A DNA stretch of 64,000 bases from Balanoglossus misakiensis (lineage: Eukaryota; Animalia; Hemichordata), in contig CM082588.2 in assembly GCA_040954595.2 (NCBI GenBank), positions 7,734,844-7,798,843 of the forward strand, read 5' to 3'. Under the pieces are notes generated by a model. The model was given only the letters and a program-made list of their open reading frames with translations, was not told the origin of the DNA and did not search any database. Position numbers and translations under genes: made by a program. Positions 12,412-26,524 of the stretch are shown here, piece by piece (positions within the stretch are counted from its first letter, which is position 1; every line of letters begins with the position of its first letter).

Positions 12412-15227
12412 ATACTTCTGCAGAGTTTGAGTGGCTTAAAGACTATCTCAAAGGATTGTACAGCCATGACTTTGACAAGTTCCAACCGTTGCCATGGAAT
12501 GAAAACTTCTCACTCCATTTATCTGATGTCTATACCCGACTGAAGATGGTAGAGGTTGATGAAAGGGGTAAGATCATTAAGGACAATGAAGAAAATGACA
12601 CTGTAGTTCATGAAAGTGCAATATTTGAAGCAGATCGAAAAGGAGTGAGACCACGTAGAATAAGAATTGAAGGATCTCCAGCTATTGGCAAGTCAATGTT
12701 TAGTAGAAAACTGGCCTACAACTGGGCTTGTGGAAAATTAGAACAATTTAAATTAGTCTTTCTGTTGGAAATGAGATATATGAGTAAAGAATCAATCATA
12801 GAAACCATATTTGATCAATTACTTCCTGATGATGCAGAAATTTCCAGAGATGAGCTTGACAAGGTTCTGAAAAGGAATGCAGATTCTGTGCTGTTCCTCT
12901 GTGATGGTTTGGATGAAATGTGTAAGGATTTCAAGGAAAGTTCCGATATTAGTCGGATTATTGCAAAGAAATTATTGCCAAGATGTACAGTAGCTATCAC
13001 AACCAGGCCCCATGAATGTGACACACAGCTGAAAATCTGTGATTCACATTATCACATACAGGGCTTCACAAAGAGTGATTGTAGGGAATATATCATGAAG
13101 TACTTCAAGCATGAGTCTGAGACTGGTGAGAATTTGATCATAAATTTAGAACAAAACCTCCAGTTTAAATGGTTGGATGATTTCCTTAGTAATCCCTTAC
13201 ATGTTTCATTTCTTTGTGTATTGTGGGAGGATCATCAAGATGGTGACCATTTCCCAACTAGAGTGACAGAGTTGTATTTTGAAGTATTGCAGTGTATTTT
13301 GAAGAGGTTTTGTTGCAAGACTGGAGTCAGTCTTGATGAACAAGGAGAAGTACCCGTTGATATCATGGCTGATGTAAATAAACTGGCTGCCATTGCTTAT
13401 AATTATCTGAAACAGGGAAAAATACTCATAAATGAGGTAGATGTGATGCCAACATGGCTCTTGTCACTAGGGTTACTTGTGCGTGATTGCGGTGTATCTC
13501 GCACAAAACCAAAGAAAGTTTGTTTCTTCTGTCACAAAACTTGGCTGGAATATTTTGCTGCTTTACATATTGCTGAATGTGTGAAGGATACTGCTTCCTT
13601 TGATGAGTTTCAATTTCTATCTCACGACATTCGCCGCAATTTCCAAGTCTTGGTATTTCTGACTGGCACTCTGAAGGAGAAAGCTGGTCCAGTATTTAAG
13701 GAAGTTGGGATGGAGACGTGCAAGTCTGCAGATGGTCATGACCTTGAGTTTAGAATGTACAACTATATAGATTTCTTACATGAAAGTGTCAATTATCATG
13801 CATTTTTGAAATTCATAGAACCCATCCTTTATCAATTAACGCGTTTCATTTGTAATACTTTATTTTATCTTAGAGAAAGACATTCTATGGTTGTCAATTC
13901 TTTGTCTTCACCATCACCATCACTATATATTCTAAGTGACGATGTGAATTTTCATACATTGTATTATGGAGATAGTTACTTGATGATAATCATTGATATG
14001 CTGAAGTATAAACACTCACATGAAAGTAGACCCAAATTTAATAAAAATCTCCAGTTAGATATAAACGAAATGCAATCATCAGAGATTTTCTATTTGGCAG
14101 AGGCACTGGAGAAGAATCTCATTTCTCTTGAATGGCTTGTGTTGATTGTGACTCTATCCAGTGGCAAGGATCTGCTTCAGTTGGCAAAAGCTATCAGAGA
14201 AACCAATGCGGTACAAAACATTCATATCGTTGTAAGTGATGATAGGGATAATGTTGTTGACAGCACTCCCAATGAAAAATGTAAGCAAGGCACCTCAAAT
14301 AAAGAAACAGATTTGACATCAAGCACTTTAAGAAACCTTATCGAAAATGCTGTGAAAAATAAGCATATTGATTGTTTGTCATTGCGTACAGTTGACCTGT
14401 CTGACCATCAACGGGAGGAAATTGTTCCATATAAGTCATTGAAACAGACCAGGCACTTTCATAATATTGTGGAAACCGAAACAGGTGTAAATAGCGTATT
14501 ATTGAAAGTTGCTGATATGCTTGAACACTGTCAATCTACCAAGGTTTGTCATTTTGTAGATTTTGATTACAGATATTCTGCCATTGAGGGCAGTACTGCA
14601 AGAGCTTTGTTCAAAGCTGTTCAAAATATCAGCAAAACAATTAAATCTCTTAGCTTGATTGTCACATCAGAATTGGAAAGTATACATTTATCTGATGTTG
14701 TGAATAAGATTTTACACATTTTGATATATAACACCACATTACAGGATCTTAAGTTATTTATAGAGAATGAAAATGTTGATGCTGTATCGAAGTTTATTCA
14801 ATGTAATAAGTATGTCAAGTCACTGTCCTTGGCTCTGTATCAGTCCAGAATGAGCTCAGACCGTTTATGTTCAGCTCTCTGTGCTGCTTTGAGTTCCAAT
14901 ACAACTTTGGAAAGCTTTGCGCTGGAGTTTTGTTATAGGTTTCATAGAGTTCATAGTAACCCTGAACCTTCCACTGAGCATATTAAGTATATTATTAGTC
15001 AATTGATTTTACCAACACATAGGTTATTGTGTGATGGAAAAACTGCATTGAAGACGATTTCATTTACTTTTCTAACATCAAGTCCAGAATGCAGGTATTA
15101 TATTGTCAATGTCATGACCGAGTATTTTAAAGGAAATGTTTCAGAGTCATACCAATACACTGTGAAGTGGAAGATCTTGTATGACATGTATATTCACATT
15201 CTGAAAGTATCGATCAGTGGACCCTAG
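12412..15227 (+). CDS. NLR copy 2, NACHT-LRR exon
   Basis: Acceptor ctacag|AT; 923-aa ORF; GSPAIGKS, LCDGLDE, FCHKTWLEYFAA. Confidence 0.92.
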
Positions 15228-15442
15228 AGAATGCTGAATGCCACATTTGCATAAGATGCATTCTGCTATATAGGGGAAAAAATAATTTTTTTTACATACA
15301 CTTAATTTAAGGTACAGATATAAAATATACCAGGTAACAGACTATACTACAGACATCAATGCTTGCACAGTTAGACAAACTGACAAGGGATTTTCAACAT
15401 ATTGTATCCAGATGGAAACATAATCAATTTACTAAGGACACA

Positions 15443-17815
15443 CAAAGTGAACAAATAAACAAAATTTGATTTGTTCACTTTATAACAGTACTAGAATCAA
15501 ATATCTACCAAACAGTGTTTTTCTTGACCCAAACTATGACAAATTCAAAAGGCTTATGAGTTCCACAGATTTACAGGTATTATTGAACATTTGCAAGTAT
15601 GTTTATAAAGCTATGGCTGTGAGAAAAACAGCCACTTATAGGATGAATAATATTGTTCAACTTTCTTTGTATTTGTGTAGTCAGCATTCACTTTGTATTT
15701 GTGTGATGTATTACTTTATTTGAGAACTGGATGTTCTCCTTGCATTTGGACCTGAGGTCTTCAAATGCAATAAATTGCTATTATTATTACTGGCTGTGAG
15801 AAGAGCAGCCACTTGCCACTCATAGAGTGTATAATATTGTTCAACTTTCTTTGTATTTGTGTAGTCAGCATTCACTTTGTATTTGTGTGATGTATTACTT
15901 TATTTTAGAACTGGATGTTCTCCTTGCATTTGGACCTGAGGTCTTCAAACGCAATAAATTACTATTATTATTACTGGCTGTGAGAAGAGCAGCCACTTGC
16001 CACTTATAGAGTGTATAATATTGTTCAACTTTCTTTGTATTTGTGTAGTCAGCATTCACTTTGTATTTGTGTGATGTATTACTTTATTTGAGAACTGGAT
16101 GTTCTCCTTGCATTTGGACCTGAGGTCTTCAAATGCAATAAATTACTATTATTATTACTGGCTGTGAGAAGAGCAGCCACTTGCCACTCATAGAGTGTAT
16201 AATATTGTTCAACTTTCTTTGTATTTGTGTAGTCAGCATTCACTTTGTATTTGTGTGATGTATTACTTTATTTGAGAACTGGATGTTCTCCTTGCATTTG
16301 GACCTGAGGTCTTCAAATGCAATAAATTGCTATTATTATTACTGGCTGTGAGAAGAGCAGCTACTTGCCACTCATAGAGTGTATAATATTGTTCAACTTT
16401 CTTTGTATTTGTGTAGTCAGCATTCACTTTGTATTTGTGTGATGTATTACTTTATTTGAGAACTGGATGTTCTCCTTGCATTTGGACCTGAGGTCTTCAA
16501 ATGCAATAAATTGCTATTATTATTACTGGCTGTGAGAAGAGCAGCTACTTGCCACTCATAGAGTGTATAATATTGTTCAACTTTCTTTGTATTTGTGTAG
16601 TCAGCATTCACTTTGTATTTGTGTGATGTATTACTTTATTTGAGAACTGGATGTTCTCCTTGCATTTGGACCTGAGGTCTTGTAACGCAATAAATTACTA
16701 TTATTATTACTGGCTGTGAGAAGAGCAGCTACTTGCCACTCATAGAGTGTATAATATTGTTCAACTTTCTTTGTATTTGTGTAGTCTGCATTCAATTTGT
16801 ATTTGTGTGATGTATTACTTTATTTGAGAACTGGATGTTCTCCTTGCATTTGGACCTGAGGTCTTCAAACGCAATAAATTACTATTATTATTACTGGCTG
16901 TGAGAAGAGCAGCCACTTGCCACTCATAGAGTGTATAATATTGTTCAACTTTCTTTGTATTTGTGTAGTCTGCATTCAATTTGTATTTGTGTGATGTATT
17001 ACTTTATTTGAGAACTGGATGTTCTCCTTGCATTTGGACCTGAGGTCTTCAAACGCAATAAAGTACTATTATTATTACTGGCTGTGAGAAGAGCAGCCAC
17101 TTGCCACTCATAGAGTGTATAATATTGTTCAACTTTCTTTGTATTTGTGTAGTCAGCATTCACTTTGTATTTGTGTGATGTATTACTTTATTTGAGAACT
17201 GGATGTTCTCCTTGCATTTGGACCTGAGGTCTTCAAATGCAATAAATTGCTATTATTATTACTGGCTGTGAGAAGAGCAGCTACTTGCCACTCATAGAGT
17301 GTATAATATTGTTCAACTTTCTTTGTATTTGTGTAGTCAGCATTCAATTTGTATTTGTGTGATGTATTACTTTATTTGAGAACTGGATGTTCTCCTTGCA
17401 TTTGGACCTGAGGTCTTGAAATGCAATAAATTACTTTTATTATTACTGGCTGTGAGAAGAGCAGCCACTTGCCACTCATACAGTGTATAATGTTGTTCAA
17501 CTTTCTTTGTATTAGTGTAGTCAGCATTTCATTTTGTATTTGTGTGATGTAATACTTTATTTGAGAACTGGATGTTCTACTTGCATTTGGACCCGAGGTC
17601 TTGAAACGCAATAAATTACTATTATTATTACTGGCTGTGAGAAGAGCAGCCACTTGCCACTCATAGAGTGTATAATATTGTTCAATTTTCTTTGTATTTG
17701 TGTAGTCAGCATTCACTTTGTATTTGTGTGATGTATTACTTTATTTGAGAACTGGATGTTCTCCTTGCATTTGGACCTGAGGTCTTCAAACGCAATAAAT
17801 TACTATTATTATTAC
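15443..17815 (+). repeat. LINE 3' fragment with 184-bp tail amplified to 12 tandem units
   Basis: TGGCTGTGAGAAG recurs at 15791, 15975, 16159, 16343 ... 17632; each unit ends AATAAA...(TAT)n; flanked by TTACTAAGGACACA. Confidence 0.9.
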
Positions 17816-18977
17816 TAAGGACACAAATTGTATGTAAGGAAATATGCGGAGAGTAGCAGAATATTTATTTAAACCAAGTGACACACTTTTGTAAGACACA
17901 TTCCTCTACAGATTCAATTTAGTTCTGTTTCTTACCTCTGTCCAAAATGCCAACATTTGCTGGAAATTGTACGAAACTTATATCAAGTTTGGTGATGGCG
18001 CAAGAAGAGTTTATATATCTTAACTCATTGTTATACATTTGCTTATTTCTATTTCTTGCTTTACTTTGTTATTTTTTTTATTGAAATGTTTTTTCTTAAT
18101 TTCTATAGAACCTGTAAATGAGACTTGTTTCAGTTGGTCTTCCTTGAAATAAATATAGTCTGAGAAGAAAGCAATTCTGCAAAATCTGTTTTCTTTATTT
18201 GGTCTAAACTAGTTTTTTGGGGGGTTGACAAACGAAATACACTTGTATTGCAACATGGTATTTTTTGGTGCACATTTAACGCAGAAACAGTTGACCTTGG
18301 AAATCTTCATTTGATTTCCGACAAATTTTCTCAAAAAACAACAGAAAATACTAGTTGTACGTATTTGGATGTGTGCTCACACCATCTCTTAAAAATTCTC
18401 ATAAAAAGAGATACCATCGTATAAAACTGTTAAAGGTATACAGTCACCTCCAATTTAAATACGCTCATGTATGGCTGAAATGGCGTATTTGAGTGTTCTA
18501 AAGAACATATGGTGGCGTTGTTGTTTTTTTCGCGCGTGCCACCCACTGAAAATCTGTGATTGGCTAGATCTCAACTTGCCATGGTAACTGTAGCTAACTG
18601 TATACCTTTAATTACTTGAGCTGCCACAAGATTGCCTAAGTGTTTTTGCTAAGGCCGGGAAACTGGTAAATGAGTTGGGAACCCCGGTAACACTTCTGCT
18701 AGCTACTAATATGACTGCATTGACATACAAAGGGGAACTCTGGTAAAATGACTGGGGAACCCTGGTAACATTTATCTGGCAACTGCCCTTAACAAAAACA
18801 CTGCACTTTCTCTGCTATTTCAGTCCAAAGAACAATTACACCAGGAAAAATATGTGTGTCAATTAACGTCTTAAAAATAGAAAACATTGCAAGGGTTTCC
18901 TGAGCTAGTCCCTTCTCAGGTCCAAAATGAAGTAGTGTAAATATTTTTCTCCCAAATGGGGGACTGGTGGTGTTCAT

Positions 18978-21900
18978 TCAGTAAAACGAAAAATAATTCT
19001 CGCTCCTCCCATCATTTGTGTACTTGTACGCACAGTCCAATATATATTTCAGTCTGCCGTACATCTGCAAGAGAAAAAGAAATGTATTCAAAGTCCATGA
19101 GCTGTAAGTTTAGGATATTTTGAAATTGTTGAGATCTTTGTATCAAGAACAGTTTCTCCTCAACCAATTTAAACATCATGAAATGCTCACTGTTTATCAA
19201 CACAGTTCATGTCTGTACATGCAGTCAGCATTGTTTGTTTGTGAACACTTGAATTCATTTCTCCAGAAACACTTACCACCAGTATTACTTGTACATAGAC
19301 TATGTTGACAAGCAGAACACTTTTGAGCATAATGAAAATGTAGTCAAATAATAAAAATGCCAAATTAAAAAGTATTATATTATACCAGTATATTGATGGT
19401 GTAAATCACGCTATTTTATTGGTCGAGACACGACAAGTGACTGTGATATATTCGTCACATACCACAGTCATATATCACGCAAAACTCACAGTCAAAGAAA
19501 ATGCCTTTTTAAAATGTTTTATGCAAAGTTTCAATATACTGGTATAATATAATCGTGCGTATATGTCTTGAACTGGTCAAAATCTCGTGGTATACCATGG
19601 CTGGGGGTGTTTTATTGCTTAAGTATATCATTGGTGGCTGTGAAAATAATGTATGCATTAAAGGGACAAAGTCTCTCTCTCACTGCCCTTTTCCCCATAT
19701 GTTGGAGACAGATTATTCATGTTGGCAAGTTTTTCACTCTCGTGTCTACAACTTACAAGTAGGATGGAAGGTGTGTGTGGTTGAACGTTGATTCACTATA
19801 TATCCACATGTAGAATAACATAAACAGTGTCTTGTATCAAACATAATCAATAAAAAAGGGCAACGAGAGAGAGACTTTGTCCCTTTAATGTGTGGTAGTT
19901 TCATAATATACGTACAGCATCAACCCATGTATCATCCTCCATGGTCAGTTCAATAATCTGGTCTCTCTTGATCTGTGGCCTTATAAGTCTCAACATCTCC
20001 ACCTGACCAGAAATGTAAGAAACAACATGATTGGCTGATTGACAGTGGAAGTGTTCGGTCTCGGCAAATAGGAAAGCAGTGATGGCCGCTTACTGAAAAT
20101 GAGGGGAGACAACAAGACAAGTCATTAAGCTTGCTGAGAGGGCAACAACTAGGTGGCCCTCTGACTCAAACATTACTAGTCTGGTCCCCTGCCCCATTCC
20201 CAACACCTGGCCCGCATATTATCATGAAACAAAGACCACGTGATCATAAACAAGATGGATGCCTCCAATGTCCGTACGCCAATGAGCCATGTTTACAAAC
20301 ACCCGTGCCTGACCCTTTCCTTTGGCGTAGCGCAGCCAGTGATGGGAATGGGGCAGGGGACTATATATGAGTTTCAAAGTGTTATCTTCTTGTTCTTTAT
20401 ATTTGTATTTTGTTCATGAAAGAAGTTACTTGGCAGATATTGTCTTTCCACTGATACATGTGCAAACAATAACCCTTTAACCCCCAATTCCCTCTATAGA
20501 GGTCCAACCTTCCCATAGAAAACAATAGGTTTGGACTGAACCATGGTGATGAAAGGGTTAAAAGAATGAATTCACACCTTCCCCTGACACTCTCGTAAGA
20601 GATTCCACTTGAAATGATGCAGTGTGTGGTAGAGGCTGGATCTTCTGAAGCAAAATCTTCCAACAAAATATCTCTGATTGAGGAAACAAAATACAGTTTA
20701 AAGGGGAATACTAGTCTAGCAGGTTTGGTTTAATGACAGGAAAAATATCTTTGGCAACTAGGGTCCATATTATGGGATATAAGGAACCAAGAGAAAGAGT
20801 TGTTATGGGATCATAACACATCACTGATTAAAGGGACAAAGTCTCTCTCTCGCTGCCCTTTCTCCAATAATTATGTTTGATACAGGACACCGTTTATGTC
20901 ATTCTACGTGTGGATATATAGTGAATCAACGTTCGACCGCACACAGCTTCCATCCCGCTTGTATGATATGAGAGTAAAAACTTGCCCAACATGAATAAAT
21001 GGTAGAGAAAGATTATTCATTTTGACATCATGCAGACATCAAGCGAATAAAATCTTGTTACTTCCATCAAACGCCACGAGTGGTACACCACGATTTTGGT
21101 ATGTAGCAAAGAACTTGCAAATGTAGTGGACAATTGCTGCCTTATTGATGAATACTGTAAAACGGGAAATTTTCACGAACAATAAATTTTTTGCAAACTA
21201 CGTGAAAGCTTTAAGAAACGTGAAAATAAAAAGTCGCATAAAAATGTTTTTCCGTGATAACGATGCAGTGAAATACGAGAACGCTAAAATTAATCTTCAC
21301 GTGACATTTGCTGATTTTGATATGGTCAACATTTCCTGTCGCAAAAAAATTCCCGTTTTACAGTAATCATATCAGCTGTGTGTGCAACAAACTTGTGCCT
21401 TGTGAAATGGATGCAGGTCGAAAAGACTCTTACCCGATTTCCCATGAAAGGACTTTCATCATCAGAATCTGAAGAATCATCGCTGCTGTCTAGAGTTTCA
21501 AGTGTGTTTGTGTTGTATGGTGGTCCACTGAGATACACTTTCAAGGAGACAAAGCGTCCTCTTAATTTGCATGCCTGGTGAGAAGTATTCAAATGAGACA
21601 AAGTACCATAAAACGGGAAATTTTCGCGAAAGAAATTTTTTTGTGAACTACGCAAGAGCCACAAAAACACAAAAAATAAAAGGTCAGATAAAAATGTAAC
21701 AATGCAGTGAAATATAAGTACGCGAAAATTAATCGTTGCTTTTGATATCACGAAAATCTCCTGTCGCGAAAATTTCCCGTTTTACAGTATTATAACAATG
21801 ACGTTAAGACTTTCAAGCAATGTGCAGTATGAGTAGACAAACTTGTACAGAAAAAAGGTGCAATTTCATTACACACACATCTGAAGTTACCTATAAGGAT

Positions 21901-24783
21901 GATGAAACTGTAGTAAGGTTTAAGAAGATGAAGTAATTTGCATTGTTTTGTGAAATATTTTTTCATAACAATAGAATCAGGGTAAGCACCCCAGGTAAGC
22001 ACACAGCACACCTTCATTGATTAAATACAAGATTGCAACCTTTAACCTTTGACCTACCTCACACGTCATGCGACTCTTATAGACCTCTTCATCAATGATT
22101 TTTGGGTATTTCTCAATACATTTCTACAGGTTATAGAATTGTGAGAAAAGTAAAGCTTCAATCATGGAAATTTTACTCACACTTTATATCAAAATTTAAA
22201 ATCAGACAGAGGGATAGACGGATGCGTACATAAGTGTGAGGGAAACATACCTTGTAATTTTTAACCCATGCCTGACTTTTCACCAGAAAAGTTTTCCTGT
22301 CGTTCAGTTCATCATCTACTTTATGTAACGCTGGCAAGAAATAATCATCTGAATATAAAAACAACATGTGTTTCCATGTAAGGCTTGTACCAATGAACAT
22401 CACAAGAACTGAGTAAATTGGGCTTTGATCAAAGTATGTTCATATTTTAACCCTATAACGCTGCCAAGTCAGTTGAAACTGGTTTGATTTCCAGGGTGCC
22501 TAGAATCCTGGCTCCCAGGCCTGTTAGACTGCCAAGTGTGTGTTATTCAGTAGGGCCTATACAAGACCCTCAAACCAATACAGTGCAAACCAGTGCAATT
22601 TGGTACATTTTACAGGGGGCTCAGACTGCCAAGTGTGTCTAAGTATGTATGAGAGCCATGTCAAGACAGTCAAAATACATTTTAGAAGAAAAAGTGGCAA
22701 ATACGTATTTTAAGGGACTTGACACTCTGAACAGGTATGACACCCAGTAGCATTAGGGTTAAAACAAAATTACACTGTAGCTGTAACACTTTTCAATTAT
22801 TTTTGTTGTGTGTACCAAAAGCAATTTCTTGTTCTACTCCAAACAGCATGCCAATATATCCATTACTCCGCTTGTCAACATAGCCTGTATGTGTAACGGC
22901 CATTGTTATTGTTGACAAATGAATTCTAGTCTGGAACAATGCTGACTATATGTATATAGGTTGTGTGAATAAGCTGGATACTGGGCATTTCATCATGCTT
23001 CAGGGATTTGAACAAAAAACTGCAGTAGATACACAAAACAAAAATACTGAAAACACTGAAAAGTTACAGCTTATGGAGCTTTAAAGTACTCTGAGAGAGC
23101 AAATATAATGGTCACCTTTCTCCTGATAGACACAGACAAGGAAATATGGATCGATAGCAGCACTGACGATGGCCTGAAGATAAATCTTAAACACCAGCTG
23201 TAGACCACCAGCAAAGATTCCTGTTAACACTGAAAAAGATACAGATAGTAAGTGTGAATGAAAATTGTTAAAGCCTCTAGAGCTGCCACTTTTTGCAATT
23301 ATTTTCATTTTATTTTCCAGCTTATATTGTTACAACAAAATAAGCTTACTGGTAGGTATACATGAACATCTCACTGACACCCGATTGTGGCTGTACGTAG
23401 CAAGTTGAACACTCTATATATTAAACCGGTGCCGCACTGATTTAATCAGCCTCCATACAAACAATACACAGCTATCGTGGTATGCGTTGCCAAGAGATGA
23501 CAAACTGATGCAAATGCAAGTAATATGGCTTAATGGTGAGGATTTTAGAGGATAGGGAATAGATTTGAAGTATTTTATTGTGGAAAAAATATGTGAAATT
23601 TGGCAGCTCTGGAGGCTTCAAAGTCAGTGTTATGGCTGCATTTGCACAAATGGAGTGAGACAAGGTTGTGTGCATGTTCAGAATGACAGACAGTGTCCTA
23701 ATAAAAGCAACGTGTCTACACGTCATTGTATAGTGCCAACTTCCTAACAAAGACAGATTACAACATACTTGGCAAGACTGTCTCACTGCCACTCGACTCG
23801 TCAAACGGCAAATCCCAGAATATGACTCCGACTACATCTGTGTTGTCTACATCTGGCATGGCATCATCATCTTGCCCTTCATACTTGCACACGTTGATTG
23901 CCTGGTACTTGGCCTTTTCTCTGTTGCTATAGCGACGGACCTACGAACAGGAGGAATCAAGGAAATGAAAATCAAGACAAGCCTTCCTCTCAACACACGA
24001 CTGTAATAACAGAAGGGCCTTTTTTGGATTAGCAGAATTTCTGATCTTAAAGTATCTTGTCCTTAGGGACCGTCTCAGATTGTCAAATAAGTTCAACAAA
24101 TGAAATTCGTTCGTTTAGGGGAAAGGGGGTTGAGATAAATTTGTTTGGTTCACTTTTCAAAACTGACCGGCATTAGTCATTTTAGCAACTACAGTCAAGC
24201 CTCTGTTAGTGGCCACCTCTATATAGTGGCCACTTTGTTACAGTCCCTGTGCAATTCACATGTGCATTAATTAACCTCTATAAAAAGGCCACCAGTCTAT
24301 AAAGGCCAGTTTAGGAAAGTTCCTTGACTGGCCACTACAGACAGGTTCGACTGTACTTCTCAATCTCATTTGCTATACATAAACAATTATTAGTACAGGC
24401 TTCAGGAACAATGACACAGAAGAAACAAACAATAGCAGGTGACAATGAGCTACCACTACGCCATTGTTATCTCAGTGTTTGATAATAATAAAATAAACCT
24501 GATCTGTCATAATATATATGCAACAAAACCTCTGCACATCACTGCTGACTTGTGGTTTCCTTGAATTCCTCACCTCAAGTGTTCCTCTAAAAATGTCGGG
24601 ATACTCTTCAACATCATCATCATCATCATCTTCATCTTCACCATCATCTGAGTTGGCATGGCAATCGTCATCATTCTCCTGACTCACACATGTGTATTTC
24701 CTCATAGTTTTCCCTTCTATTGACCAGATGCACTTGATATCGTCCCCACAGGACAGCAGGTCTTTTTCCACCACAAATTTCAG
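18978..24783 (-). CDS. DUF4211-domain protein (CCDC82-like); exons 24783-24574, 23940-23769, 23220-23116, 22348-22251, 22123-22058, 21574-21434, 20673-20578, 20002-19916, 19064-18978
   Basis: Nine GT-AG exons join in frame: acidic N-terminus, FKIYLQAIVSAAIDPYFL...DDYFLPALHKVD...CEACKLRGRFVSLKVYLSGPPYNTNTL...YFVGRFCFRRSSLYHTLHHFKWNLLREC...WVDAMYGRLKYILDCAYKY; start exon not resolved. Confidence 0.8.
19662..19884. mobile_element. MITE, TTAA target, AGGGACAAAGTCTCTCTCTC TIR (Kolobok-like)
   Basis: TTAA AGGGACAAAGTCTCTCTC...GAGAGAGACTTTGTCCCT TTAA; relatives at ~20830, 39201, 48321, ~62655. Confidence 0.7.
21155..21363. mobile_element. MITE with TA target (CTGTAAAACGGGAA TIR)
   Basis: TA CTGTAAAACGGGAAATTTT...AAATTCCCGTTTTACAG TA; second family member at ~21606-21787. 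Confidence 0.7.
22451..22758. mobile_element. Possible piggyBac-like MITE
   Basis: TTAA CCCTA...TAGGG TTAA with only a short TIR. Confidence 0.4.
24192..24353. mobile_element. Tc1/mariner-pogo-like MITE
   Basis: TA CAGTCAAGCCT...AGGTTCGACTG TA with internal GTGGCCAC repeats. Confidence 0.6.
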
Positions 24784-26524
24784 CTATAAATGCGAAACAG
24801 ATTAAAAAACACTAATCAAATGTCATTTTAAATTAAAGCACCAATAGCTACCACTTACAGCATATTTTCCATTGATAAAATACTGCAATCTTTACCTCTT
24901 TAGCCGACAGATGACACCATTTTGAGTTTGTGCAGATTCTAATTATACGGGGATAATACCTATTTGTGCAATGTGGACCGCGGAAGCACCAGTTTTTTCT
25001 ATGGCGCCTTGCAGAAGTTGCAGGGCTGTGGTGGAGGCCGTGTAACACACAGACCTGTACGCAGAGCTACACATAAGGCTGAGAGGGCTGATAATAATAT
25101 TGTGGGGAATAGAAGGTTCCCGTGTTCCTAGCTATACAAATGATTTGTTTGGGATTATTTTTCTATCGCGTAGGATTCTTAGAGAAAGCTTCTTAGTGAT
25201 ACGCTTCAATTGAAAGAATTATCTTACAGGACACTTGCATCAGATTCAAAGAGGGGGGCCGGGGGGGGGGGGGGGGGTATTACAGATATATTCTTCGACG
25301 GACTTTCACTGTAATTACATCGGTCCATTCACATGTGGAGTTCGTGACAACATACTTTTGATGTTGATATGGACCGAACCCAACTCATCGGTTTGGTCAA
25401 ATAAATAAGGTCTTCTATGAGTAGCGACTAAAGATTAAAAGAGATAAAAAAATGCAAACTTTGAAAAATAATATGCCAGTTTTTTTATTTATGTGTTTTT
25501 ATCACAAACTATACCTAAAACATAGCACCATTCTACCAATAGACTGAAACCTGGCCACTTCTACTCCATAATACCCCGTTTTGAATATAAAAAACAGTAT
25601 TTCATATAATAGCTTTTCTAATAACATTTTTTCTTAAAAGTAGATGTATACTTCAATATTAGCTTAAAAATAAGGGTACTTGCTTGAATTCTAGTGATAC
25701 AAGAGATCAATAAGAGTACTAATTAAATAATGTACTATCACACTATTTTTTCACTCTCTCCGCGGAAGTTCATGATTTATTTTTTTTAAATTTGTCTTAG
25801 GTTCTCTTTACTACGTTTACAGCTAAAGTACAATGTATGAAGCCATGTGGCAATGTGTTGTAATTTTTGATCTTATCAAATACAGCTAGTTGTCCTTCAT
25901 TACAAATTAAAACAAAGGATCAGGTAGTCCGTATGTAAATGAGGCCATCAACGCTCATCTATTTTCAGCCCCTGACGTCATCGGTGTTCCCCCTGCATGC
26001 CCTGATGTGATTGGCTATTGATGACGTGTTCTCTGTGTTGCTAAATTTAGTGCTATAAACAAACACTCTGCAATCATGTGCAATATATTCAGGAATCGTA
26101 GTACAGACAGCTGATCACCGCTAAAAGCATGTAGATTGTATTTGGTGCATTTCCCAGTTGAGCCGATATATTGATAAACATATGTAGAAGAAATTTACGG
26201 CCCGGGTAACGATGACAACTGCCGCAAGACGAACGAGCCAACACCGGAAGACGCATCGACGGAGTTTTAACGGGTTCCACCCGACCTTTCCGCCGAAGAC
26301 ACAGACGTGTCGTCGTCGATGCTTTCTTCGCCGATGAACGAAACGCGACTCGCCAGAAGTTATCACACGCAAGACAACAGTCGCCTCCACCACTAAACCT
26401 CTACCTTGGCGACAACTTTGCCGTCAAGCTTCACGACTTGTTCAAATTTGAGAAAGACGTCATGAACAACAGTGAAGGTGGTTTGATACGCTGTGAGTTT
26501 GAAGCGAGGCGTGGATTTGATGAG

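Noticed and set aside
9634-15227. Treating HEPN-repeat and NACHT ORFs as a two-gene operon with TTG/GTG starts
   Set aside because: Conserved phase-matched GT-AG sites explain them as exons; the NACHT ORF starts are non-ATG calls
15613-17815. 184-bp array as CRISPR or ncRNA cluster, and its small ORFs
   Set aside because: Units are near-identical over their whole length and are explained as an amplified LINE tail
19275-19320. Possible extra minus-strand exon (CSACQHSLCTSNTG) in the DUF4211 gene
   Set aside because: Inclusion would shift the last exon out of the frame that matches the family C-terminus; the acceptor is weak
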